Shown piece after piece: positions 30,601 to 37,053 of a stretch of 64,000 nt of DNA; the stretch's first letter is position 1, and the number at the start of each line of letters is the position of its first letter. Source of the stretch: Nanobdellota archaeon (GTDB taxonomy: Archaea; Nanobdellota; Nanobdellia; Pacearchaeales; GW2011-AR1); contig JBBSWO010000001.1 of the NCBI GenBank assembly GCA_038046245.1, forward strand, positions 12,761-76,760, written 5' to 3'. The notes beneath the pieces were generated by a model. The model searched no databases and had not been told where the DNA came from. It saw only the letters and a program-made list of their open reading frames with translations. The position numbers and the translations under genes were made by a program.

Positions 30601-33600
30601 CTGCATTGTTCGTGATGTCTATAGAACTCCAGCTTCCAACCAAACAATATGAGTTTCCATCCGGCGAAGTACTTTTGTTTGCATAACATGCTCCGCTAAT
30701 AACACAACTGTCTTGAGTCGAACAACATGCAGAGTCTCCGGCATTTTGTGCACAATAACCATCCTGGACAAATCCAGAATTATTCACATCACTATCGCAA
30801 GCATTATTCTTAGCACAAGCAGAACACGAAGCATGATAAACTCCTGAGTTTACACAAGTAGTATCAATAGAACAAGTAGGAGTATCAGGATAGCAATTGC
30901 CACCAACAGCACAATAATCTGATGTGCAAACACCATCGGCATAAGTTGCCCAATTTCCACTCTCAGAACCAGATGCATCGCTGTCACACTTCTCCCCCCC
31001 TCCAGAAGTACATCCGTTAACTAAAGTACCAGAGCTATTGTAAACACTTCCAGTCGCGCAAATTCCTCCAGAAGTGCAATATCCTTGAGCAGTATAACTT
31101 CCATCCGCAACATTAGTATCGCATGCATCAACATCACTTGTTAAACTTGAACAAGCAGAGCAATCGCTTCTGTAAGCACCATCATCATTGCAAGCATTTC
31201 CAGAATTATCACAAATCATATTGGTAGTAGAAAGATTACGTGTAGTAACTCCCTCTGCAACAAAACCTCCAATTCTAACATCAGTATCACAACTAGAAGC
31301 AGTACCTGCGCTTGCCTGGGTCATGCCCCAATATGTTGATGAAGACCTAAAAACTGTTGGCCCAATACAAGTAGGGGTGAAAGGAGCGCTATTTCCGCAA
31401 ATCCCATTTATACTACCGTCTCCACCAGAATCACAAAGATAGTTTAAAGTCACCTCTCCGCTTCCACATTCTGCACAGACCAGTTGAGAACTCGTATTGG
31501 AAGTTCCCTGGAAATAAACATTTGCTAAAGTAGCATCATCGCAATAAACTTTGCTAGTTCCATTGCTATAACACCATTGACTGCTTGATGAACAAAAACC
31601 ATTATTAGTTGAAGTTGCAACAGCACCAGCATTACAGCAGCATCCAGACAAAGAACCATTCCATGTTTCTCCGGCATTATTACCACAGCAAGCAGTGTTT
31701 GTTCCAGTAGAACCATTAAGCCATATCCCACCTCCACAAGTGCTACAAGTATAATTATTATCATCCCCAGTTGAATAATACGTTCCTTGATAACAAGAGG
31801 TATATTGTGCACCGCAAAAACTGTCATTAACTCCATCATCACCACAACATAAATTAGTAGAACCTCCAACCCAAGTTTGGCCATAGTAAGACCCAGAATC
31901 ACAAACATTTCCACCAAAACCCCCGCCAGCACAAGTCACCGAACAAGCAACATTACTAGTATCAGGATCTGTGCAATAAAGTGCACTAATTTGATTGTCA
32001 GAAGTAACACAATATCCTCCGTTACAGCAAGCTAATCCATTAGGACAATCAAACAAAGCAACTTGTCCGGCACATTTGCTGCCCAATGAACCAAGAGGAT
32101 CATCTCCAAACAACAAAGTGTAATTGCTCTGATTCGTGACATTCGTCTGATTCAAACTATAATTTCCAAAATTCAAAGAAACATTATTAGTTACAGCACG
32201 ATAAATGTCAAGTCTTGAAAGATTTACAGTTACACTACCTTGATATTCAATTGCTTTTCCTGTTGTTTTTAATCTGTCTCTTAATTCTGAAGGAGATAAA
32301 CTTTCATTTTCCAAAACAATTGCAGCTCCAGCAGCAACCATTGGAGTTGAAGCAGATGTTCCAGAAATAGTTTTGTCAGAATTCCCTAAACTTTTTGTCA
32401 GAATATTTACTCCTGGAGCTAAAACATCAACAGCTTCATTCACGTTTGCAAAACTTGCAATGTTATCGCTTTTGTCAGTTGCAGAAACTCTTGCAACACT
32501 CGAAGCACACGAAGGAGATTTTAAATTTGCTGAGCCATCATTTCCAGTAGCAGCAACAACAAATATTCCATTATTAACAGCAGTGTTAGCTAACTCAGCA
32601 ACAATATTAGAATCACAATATCCGCTGTAGCTTCCTGCACCAATACTGAATGAAATAATATCAACATTCTGATTCATACACCACTGCAACCCTTCCAGAA
32701 CACTGCTTTCATAACCACTTCCGCTAGCATCAAGAACCTTAGCAACATAAACATCAGCTCCCGGAGCAATTGTCTTCAGGATATAAGCGACTTCTGTACC
32801 ATGCCCATTGTCATCACTAGCATCAGAATCATTATTTACAAAGTCAAAGCCGGTAGTGTAACCAACTACAGAAGGATCAACACCAGTATCAATCACACAA
32901 ACTTTCTTTCCACTTCCGATTAATCCAAATTCATTTTTAACATCTAAACTTCTTATTATATTTTCTGAATCGTGAACTAGGAGATTGACAGGTTGATCAA
33001 TTACAATCTCAACATTTTGAAGCAAAGCAAGGTTTTGTTCATCCAACTCTAAAACTTCTAAATCATCAAATCCATCAAGTTTTTCACCAATAACCAATCC
33101 TCTATTTCTTATAATGACTCTTACCTTATTTTTGTTTTGTAAATCATTAACAACTTCACTATCAATCTTTATTCCTTTTTCTGAAATAATCTTATTGATT
33201 CTTTCTATCTTTGTCAGATTAACAGTAACATTGGTTTCATTTAAAGGCATCCCAGTTACGTTTGTGACATTTGTTAGGTTAGTCACATTTAATTGATCTT
33301 TTACTCTGATGTTTACAGATGAAGAAGTTATCTCAACAGTGTTGTAAACAAAACTTATTTTTAATGCTCCTTCATTTGCCTTTAAATTTAAAGGAGTAAA
33401 ATCAATGGGAATCTTAATGACTTCATTTGTTAAGTAATCCTGTCCAAATCCTTCTTTAAATTCAGAGTAATCAGTTGTTATAACTGCTCCATTATCATTA
33501 TATTGAACACTAACAGGGTGTAAAGAATCAACAATTTCTATTTTTTCATTTTTTTTCAACTGATAATTATATGGCTGAGTTTTAGAAACCTGACCCTCAA

Positions 33601-34522
33601 TAATTTCTGCACCAACAACCTGTCCGGTTAAACTTGAGCCAGAATCTTCGGGACTTACAGCAGTTGAGCCAGAACTCCCAGAATCTGAGACAGCGCCAGA
33701 AGTATCTGTACTGGGTTGCGATGTTGAATCTTGTGTTGTAGATGTAGTAGAAGGCTCACTCACAGTAGATGTTGTTTGATCAGAGGTTGTAGGGGTGGTT
33801 TCAGCAGGAGTAGTAATTTCAGGAGGCTGGGAAGGAGTTTCTGTTGTTGGTTGAGTTTCAGGTGAAGCTTCGGCTGGAGGGGCAGATGGTTCAGAAGTTG
33901 TTGCTTCGGTGTTAGTACTGTTGGTATCGTTGAAACTTTCATTCTTTACAACATCAACAGCAGTTTCCTTTTCCTTAAGGACTTTAAATTTAAAATCAAC
34001 CAAAGGATAGACCTCTTTTTTACCTAAAATACCAAATCCTTGACCGGTCCCATTGATATCTTTTCCCTCAACAAAGAAATTTCCTTGATTTAAGTTATCA
34101 GAAATCAAATCCTTCAGATTATAAGCACTGACAGAACCAGCATTATCAACGATTAGCTTAGAATCAGCAGGCATAAGCTCACCTTGCCTCAGCATAAGGT
34201 TTATATTTCCAGAAATATCTTCCCCAGGAGCATAATTATCTTTTAATTCAACAGAAACTTTTCCTGTAAAATTAAGATTGATTAAAAAGATTAAATTCGC
34301 AGTCAAAAGAATTATTAATAGTGATAAAAATCCAGCGACAAACCAAAATTTCTTTGAAGGCTTTTTTGCACTACCAAAAAAATTTGTTTTTTCTTTATGT
34401 TCGTGATTAGAATCATGAGGCCCAAGATAATGGGTCGTTACCCTACCGTCTTTTTTGATGCTTTCGTACAAGTATGGACCATAAACTTTCCCATCTCTTT
34501 TTATAAATTTTTTATAAACCAT
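24647..34522 (-). CDS. Giant (3,291 aa) multidomain surface protein: N-terminal motif + TM, Thr/Ser/Pro stalk, S8 subtilase, ~490-aa Cys-rich module, beta-helix repeats, 2x LamG, FG-GAP/VCBS-type propeller, C-terminal Ig/FN3-like domains
   Basis: From the ORF track translation: VCVIDTGVD / DDNGHGTEVA / SGTSASTPMVAAG (S8 triad). NNITIRSTSSSGILF-type PbH1 repeats. IDDLMVFNRTFSQNEIQQLY and IDEVRIWNRSLSAQEVRQLY (LamG). About 8 repeats of D-x-N/D-x-DG-x-x-D/E (e.g. GDINGDGQLDIIFG, TDLNGDGKDDLLFV) at about 25600..26700. I prefer the ATG at 34522 (MVYKKF...), preceded by GAGGGAG, over the GTG at 34525. Confidence 0.85.
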   Translation of the reverse strand: MVYKKFIKRDGKVYGPYLYESIKKDGRVTTHYLGPHDSNHEHKEKTNFFGSAKKPSKKFWFVAGFLSLLIILLTANLIFLINLNFTGKVSVELKDNYAPGEDISGNINLMLRQGELMPADSKLIVDNAGSVSAYNLKDLISDNLNQGNFFVEGKDINGTGQGFGILGKKEVYPLVDFKFKVLKEKETAVDVVKNESFNDTNSTNTEATTSEPSAPPAEASPETQPTTETPSQPPEITTPAETTPTTSDQTTSTVSEPSTTSTTQDSTSQPSTDTSGAVSDSGSSGSTAVSPEDSGSSLTGQVVGAEIIEGQVSKTQPYNYQLKKNEKIEIVDSLHPVSVQYNDNGAVITTDYSEFKEGFGQDYLTNEVIKIPIDFTPLNLKANEGALKISFVYNTVEITSSSVNIRVKDQLNVTNLTNVTNVTGMPLNETNVTVNLTKIERINKIISEKGIKIDSEVVNDLQNKNKVRVIIRNRGLVIGEKLDGFDDLEVLELDEQNLALLQNVEIVIDQPVNLLVHDSENIIRSLDVKNEFGLIGSGKKVCVIDTGVDPSVVGYTTGFDFVNNDSDASDDNGHGTEVAYILKTIAPGADVYVAKVLDASGSGYESSVLEGLQWCMNQNVDIISFSIGAGSYSGYCDSNIVAELANTAVNNGIFVVAATGNDGSANLKSPSCASSVARVSATDKSDNIASFANVNEAVDVLAPGVNILTKSLGNSDKTISGTSASTPMVAAGAAIVLENESLSPSELRDRLKTTGKAIEYQGSVTVNLSRLDIYRAVTNNVSLNFGNYSLNQTNVTNQSNYTLLFGDDPLGSLGSKCAGQVALFDCPNGLACCNGGYCVTSDNQISALYCTDPDTSNVACSVTCAGGGFGGNVCDSGSYYGQTWVGGSTNLCCGDDGVNDSFCGAQYTSCYQGTYYSTGDDNNYTCSTCGGGIWLNGSTGTNTACCGNNAGETWNGSLSGCCCNAGAVATSTNNGFCSSSSQWCYSNGTSKVYCDDATLANVYFQGTSNTSSQLVCAECGSGEVTLNYLCDSGGDGSINGICGNSAPFTPTCIGPTVFRSSSTYWGMTQASAGTASSCDTDVRIGGFVAEGVTTRNLSTTNMICDNSGNACNDDGAYRSDCSACSSLTSDVDACDTNVADGSYTAQGYCTSGGICATGSVYNSSGTLVNGCTSGGGEKCDSDASGSESGNWATYADGVCTSDYCAVGGNCYPDTPTCSIDTTCVNSGVYHASCSACAKNNACDSDVNNSGFVQDGYCAQNAGDSACCSTQDSCVISGACYANKSTSPDGNSYCLVGSWSSIDITNNAGCNPALPGINRWIVNGATSCSNAVINIASLNVTSGGSLTLSNVTLVVGNTTINSGGIFTIQNSRYSIWQNGNLTISGIYVLDNTTLRMNGTTNGYLGISVMSTGNMTIKNTSNITNGENVNANYFFVVNTGALFNMSSSYLSYAGWSSNINQTGLVIYSNGAVVYNSTFNNNYRSIVLSSSINSNITYNKIFTSSVGGDGINLLGASNSNSILLNQIDTSLSSSSGIVVFSSYSNNISSNNITIRSTSSSGILFTSSGNNNASNNNITIFGPFSYGIYVFSDSNANKIFNNKVITSGSSSDGIRIFLTNNNNFSYNNITTNDVSSNGVSLISNSSGNLFYGDNINSSNLSINFNGGAFSVTNNIFTGVQLNNLSSQIYSDSNAYNNILLNSTFNESRITFGATGTNNITIKWYARVNVTNLNGTPLQGALVNVSDLNNNLESSQSTDSQGLTSWNSVTDKVKILSGDILYNNHTINVSKGSSKIGSYYNITQSMQINIVMDVENPLIAFISPTRNDGATIYENYTPTSVPVNISINESNLANFIYNWNGINYSFYDDRLVLMMNFNNVLALGENSAQVTDLSKYKNNGSVKNGLEWLVNGGRNSGGFNFTGTNYSAGSPRYINLSNPITNATQNWTFSTWIKPYYNGNPDKQHIINLYGLFDGWIYWDGRNANTNYVGLTIRNPADQVIFSNINSVPQGQWSFITMTREDVGSSHNFKIYVNGLYQNGVSVTGTITSNNPYPSMIGAHLSYGSTQYLSFNGSIDDLMVFNRTFSQNEIQQLYMSNLYKYDINKWNFFANQTNLTFGDYTYYGYANDSYGGANSTETRVLHFVGVVPNISFVPPTYANDTTISDSYAPVNISINESNLANFVYNWNGTNYSLYDDGLLFMMNLNNNSLLGENNTSFVDVGKYGNSGNCTLPFNCPTLTNLGKFGNAYRFDGGDAIIMNYSQNISPLTKNFSVSAWINVTSSSTSNHKKIVCLARNVSVNGWCFGLYSTPQNNLTFTAFGVADYRSNYIPPLNQWVYLTATINESKYLTFYVNGGEFSQGYGLTNVIASNDDNFLIGGTTLIGSSTLSPDGFIGSIDEVRIWNRSLSAQEVRQLYLSNLYKYDFDKWNFFANQTNLTLGDYTYYGYANDSYGGANSTGVRVLHVRNTAPQIKSLAITPSPAYTKDSLNCTFNINDADQTNLNVNVSWRRNGAVILNQTVSGYQNDTLASVNLSRDLTYHDDNINCSIVAFDIFESNSSSTAIIIQNYTTSILTTQSAPVINQPITFTANYSSGVIGDVKQLIHNSTDLDTNDISHSIKVIDMNTDGIPDGYVLGNGSNFAAFAFNGSLLWVSATIPYPKYAIRLGDIDKDNQSEILGINYYDGDLFIFNMAGGLERTIDPGVSWGESLELGDINGDGQLDIIFGLGSGNGLFAYNSSGQQFWSNTALGALVELQLYDKNIDGVADYIAGSLGGRLFLINATNGSQIWNNTDTGEDASIFMDINNDNISEILYGRYNSGGGDGIRFSNLTSGSIVSFSPFSSYTPWVSRDLVKTDLNGDGKDDLLFVYLDSQNPQHNNLRAINNSNAVLWTYILPTLSVVYNMKIANIDDDIQQELITGGDSSTLNAFDINATNATTLLSYVWNVGSIGNDLGYSEAIDTGDSNKDGIADVVALSTNGIVYITQPVSCKIAFNDSVSADMIWNTTSRLWSYNRTFVSTGIYLYNTTCEKGGYQTKVNNTSIFIGNTLPTVTLYSPLNNTPLINRTPMLVWNGTDLDGKSDIKAYEINITCYYQDGSTCTDDNRYIIVNTGSPVIENYTLLTPLKYLADRNYYYTWKVRANDTVGFGTWSDEWRFNVTALIDINLTNLRVNFGLMLPNEINDTSDGSPLPFALENLGNVLVNVSINATNLWLTQPNPSQYFQYKFDNRSEPGSFNWFLSQTAWKNVPTQGEVKNALAYLGWQNANDAAEIDINVTVPGAQEGAGIRSSTINFTASLAE
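27160..29090 (-). repeat. Tandem duplication (2 x ~963 bp) inside the second giant gene, each unit encoding one LamG-like module
   Basis: ccaccatagctgtcatttgcatatccata at ~27181 matches ccgccgtagctgtcattggcgtatccata at ~28144. At protein level ...VNISINESNLANFIYNWNGINYS... matches ...VNISINESNLANFVYNWNGTNYS..., and both units end ...DKWNFFANQTNLT.GDYTYYGYANDSYGGANST. Boundaries are approximate. Confidence 0.8.
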
Positions 34523-34566
34523 CACTCCCTCTTTTTTAAATAAAAACCTTAGAAAATAATGGTAGG

Positions 34567-34579
34567 GTAACTATTTAAA
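34567..34579 (-). promoter_or_regulatory. Putative TATA-box promoter of the second giant gene (same 13-mer as 7401..7413)
   Basis: gtaactatttaaa on the plus strand, 45-57 nt upstream of the ATG at 34522. An SD-like GAGGGAG lies just before the start. Confidence 0.35.
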
Positions 34580-34584
34580 GATTT

Positions 34585-34869
34585 TTATGAAGAACCTTCA
34601 TGGAAAAAAACAGACCTGCCACCAGAGGTTAATTTGTACAATCCCATATTTTTCTCAAAATATGCATGCTTAATGCCCAAGTCCAATGCATCTCTTCCAA
34701 TAGTAGCAATATAACGTTCATTCAAATCTTGAAAAATTTCACTGCTCGTAATGCCTTTTTCAGCCCCTTCAATAAGTTTACAAGAAATTCTAGATACCTC
34801 ACGAGCAATTTCTTCAGGTGCACCCATCTCTATAAAAAATCTAATAACAGTTTTGTTTTCCAAACTCAT
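34585..34869 (-). CDS. Hypothetical small protein (94 aa from the ATG; the track uses an upstream TTG)
   Basis: ORF track 34585..34887. The ATG at 34869 gives MSLENKTVIRFF.... No motif recognised. Confidence 0.5.
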   Translation of the reverse strand: MSLENKTVIRFFIEMGAPEEIAREVSRISCKLIEGAEKGITSSEIFQDLNERYIATIGRDALDLGIKHAYFEKNMGLYKLTSGGRSVFFHEGSS

Positions 34870-34925
34870 AAAATTCCACCAACCCAAACTTTTTAAACAT
34901 AATTAATCCTGATTATATATGTCAG

Positions 34926-35047
34926 GAGCCTATAGCTCAGCCTGGTAGAGCACCGCTCTTATAGGAATGCAATTCATGAGGATTGCAACTCACACAGAGA
35001 AATTCTAAGTGAGGCGGGGGTCCACGGTTCAAATCCGTGTAGGCTCA
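34926..35047 (+). tRNA. tRNA-Ile (anticodon UAU) with a 48-nt canonical intron (34964..35011) at position 37/38
   Basis: Hand fold. Acceptor GAGCCTA/TAGGCTC. D arm GCTC-AGCCTGGTA-GAGC. Anticodon stem CCGCT/GGCGG. Loop after splicing C-U-UAU-A-A. T arm CACGG-TTCAAAT-CCGTG. Discriminator A. BHB: 4-bp central helix CTTA/TAAG flanked by 3-nt bulges (TA|G and TG|A) and an outer helix GAAT/ATTC. Confidence 0.85.
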
Positions 35048-35100
35048 TATGCTGTATTGAAAATACAGCTAGGATTTGTAAGATAGCAAAATATTGAACA

Positions 35101-35177
35101 TTCAAATCCCGAGAGTTTTGACTTTGGCAAACTTTGTGATTAATTTCAAAGTCGGGGCTCGAGTTGTGTAGGCTCAT
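35101..35177 (+). repeat. Second, interrupted copy of the last 21 nt of tRNA-Ile (TTCAAATCC ... GTGTAGGCTCAT) split by a 56-nt hairpin-forming insert (35110..35165)
   Basis: tRNA 35028..35048 is ttcaaatccgtgtaggctcat. Downstream, ttcaaatcc (35101..35109) and gtgtaggctcat (35166..35177) recur. The insert contains gactttg...caaagtc and cgag...ctcg pairings. Confidence 0.6.
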
Positions 35178-35236
35178 TATTTAATTTTTTAAGAAAACAT
35201 TTAAAAAGAAAAAAAATCTTATAAGTAAAGAAAAAG

Positions 35237-35578
35237 ATGGCAAAAATAAAAGAAGCAAAAGGGAGTAAAAAGCAGAATGACGAAAAACTCTTTGCTTTTA
35301 TAGCAACTTTCTTGAGTATACTAGGATTCATAATTGCCTTATTGACAAAAAAAGAAAATAAATATGTAATGTTCTATGCAAGACAATCATTATTAATATT
35401 CATAGTTTTCATTGTTTCAGGAGTCTCGGCTTTAATACCTGTAGTCGGAGGGTTTGCAAAAGCCGTCCTTTCTATAGCAGGAACAATTCTTTGGATATTC
35501 AGCTGGGTTTACGCATTAAGCGGCGAAATGAAAGAGATTCCATTGATCGGTCAGTACCAAGAAGATATAAAAATCTAA
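35237..35578 (+). CDS. Small membrane protein, DUF4870-like (3 TM)
   Basis: Basic N-terminus, three hydrophobic segments, a YARQSL motif between TM1 and TM2. Confidence 0.55.
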   Translation: MAKIKEAKGSKKQNDEKLFAFIATFLSILGFIIALLTKKENKYVMFYARQSLLIFIVFIVSGVSALIPVVGGFAKAVLSIAGTILWIFSWVYALSGEMKEIPLIGQYQEDIKI

Positions 35579-35593
35579 ATTCTACGGAATAAA

Positions 35594-36187
35594 ATGACAA
35601 AGACTCTTAAAGATATAGAAGAAAAAATTCTGAAAATTGCGATTGAAATTGCAAAATCTGGAGAAGGATGTTTGTTTGTTATTGGAGAAAATGCAAAGTA
35701 TTCAAAACTGATAAAGCAAAAATTCACAAAATTGAATATCTTTGAAAACGGGGCAGAGAAAATCCTCAAAGGTCTTGCAGTAATTGACGGTGCGGTTGTA
35801 ATAGACAAAAAAGGTAATTTGGTCGATTATGGAGTCATGATAAAGAACACCAAGCCTTTTGTGGGTTATGGAACAAGACACGCAGCAGCATTCACAGCTT
35901 CAAAAGGAAACATAGCCATTCTTGTTTCTGAAGAAGAAAGGAAGATAAAAATATTCAAAGAAGGAAAATACATAATGCAAGTTGATGCTCTTCAAAAAAA
36001 CGTTGAAAAAAACATTCCTTTAATGTCCAAAGTCCTCGAAAGTACTGGAGCAGGATTAATAGGGACGATAGGCACGGCCGTTCTCGCACCAACACTTGGG
36101 ATAGCATTGATACCGGGAATAATTGTGTTTGGTGGAGGATATTACGCAGTCAAGTCATTCTTCGAAAATCATAAGAAAGGGAAGTAG
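35594..36187 (+). CDS. DisA_N/DAC-domain protein (putative diadenylate cyclase) with C-terminal TM helices
   Basis: GEGCLFVIGE, VIDGAVVIDKKGN and GYGTRHAAAFTAS...AILVSEEERKIKIF match the DAC motifs (GALIVI / DGA / GTRHRAA / vSEE). The C-terminal GAGLIGTIGTAVLAPTLGIALIPGIIVFGGGYYAV is hydrophobic. Confidence 0.6.
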   Translation: MTKTLKDIEEKILKIAIEIAKSGEGCLFVIGENAKYSKLIKQKFTKLNIFENGAEKILKGLAVIDGAVVIDKKGNLVDYGVMIKNTKPFVGYGTRHAAAFTASKGNIAILVSEEERKIKIFKEGKYIMQVDALQKNVEKNIPLMSKVLESTGAGLIGTIGTAVLAPTLGIALIPGIIVFGGGYYAVKSFFENHKKGK

Positions 36188-36189
36188 AA

Positions 36190-36942
36190 TCATTTCTCTG
36201 CAACAAAAAGCATGCTTCTTCTTTTTTTACCCTCGAAGATAAAATTGACTGGCTTCACTACAGGATTAAAAAAACCCACATTTTTTGAAAAGTCTAAAAA
36301 ATACTCTTTAATCTCATTAAAGTCTCCAGGGTTAATAAAAACAATAAATTTACCTTTACTAAGAGCTTTGTAACAGCGTTCAAATTTTTGTGAAAACATA
36401 GGATGCTCTTCCTTTTTAAAACTATAATAAATACAATGTGTCTCAAACAATGAGTTCTCAGAAAGAACAGCGTCAAATTGCTGATCGAATTCCATTTTAG
36501 TCATATCCACATTTTCAAATCTAACATTTTTGCAACCATGTTTTTCTGCCCTTTCTCTCGCTTTTTTAAGTGAAACATTGGAGAGGTCAATTCCTGTAAA
36601 CTGCGTATCGGGCATATTCAGTGCATAAAAGACGGTTTTCAGTCCAGAATTACATCCTATATCCAATACAGAACTGCTTCTTTTTAATTCAGCCAAAATT
36701 AATGGAGAAGAAGAAAGAGCCCTATCCCAGTATAAAGACTCATAAAGCAAGTCAATGCCCTCTCCAACTGCATGATCATAAAACTTTGAGATGTTTTCTT
36801 GAACATTATACGCACAAAATCTATCCGCCAGATCATGATGAACCCTAAGCTGCTCTTCTGTCAAAGCAGATTTAACAGCATCCCAATTAAGTAAAGAAAA
36901 ATCTTTAAGTCCTTCCCTAGCCAAATAATCTGTTAATTCCAT
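36190..36942 (-). CDS. Class I SAM-dependent methyltransferase
   Basis: Motif I VLDIGCNSGLKT. Rossmann-like pattern with the post-I acidic residue (GIDLS). Confidence 0.7.
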   Translation of the reverse strand: MELTDYLAREGLKDFSLLNWDAVKSALTEEQLRVHHDLADRFCAYNVQENISKFYDHAVGEGIDLLYESLYWDRALSSSPLILAELKRSSSVLDIGCNSGLKTVFYALNMPDTQFTGIDLSNVSLKKARERAEKHGCKNVRFENVDMTKMEFDQQFDAVLSENSLFETHCIYYSFKKEEHPMFSQKFERCYKALSKGKFIVFINPGDFNEIKEYFLDFSKNVGFFNPVVKPVNFIFEGKKRRSMLFVAEK

Positions 36943-37053
36943 AAAAGAACCATTAAACCACCGGTTTTTAAACTTGGCGGATAAAGAAAATAGTAGTATT
37001 CCTTGGTTATCTTTAAAAACTATTTCATCTTTATGCAGTCAGATGCAAACAAT

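Noticed and set aside
24930-33942. Short ORFs on both strands inside the 3,291-aa gene (e.g. 31525..31932, 30426..30686, 32373..32630, 33760..33942).
   Set aside because: They are fully nested in a continuous, domain-rich 9.9-kb ORF. They have no independent start context and show biased shadow composition.
34523-34525. GTG start used by the ORF track for the giant gene (MMVYKK...).
   Set aside because: The next codon is ATG, preceded by GAGGGAG at SD distance. Starting there gives MVYKKF..., which aligns with MVFKRY... of the paralogue. The ATG at 34522 is preferred.
34974-35331. Minus-strand ORFs 34974..35177 and 35146..35331.
   Set aside because: The first overlaps the tRNA-Ile gene and its 3' duplicate in antisense. 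The second is antisense to the promoter and 5' end of the DUF4870-like gene. Neither has supporting features.
35575-35808. Minus-strand 77-aa ORF overlapping the start of the DAC-domain gene.
   Set aside because: It is antisense to a gene with clear DAC motifs, and its product is low-complexity and Phe/Ile/Ser-rich.
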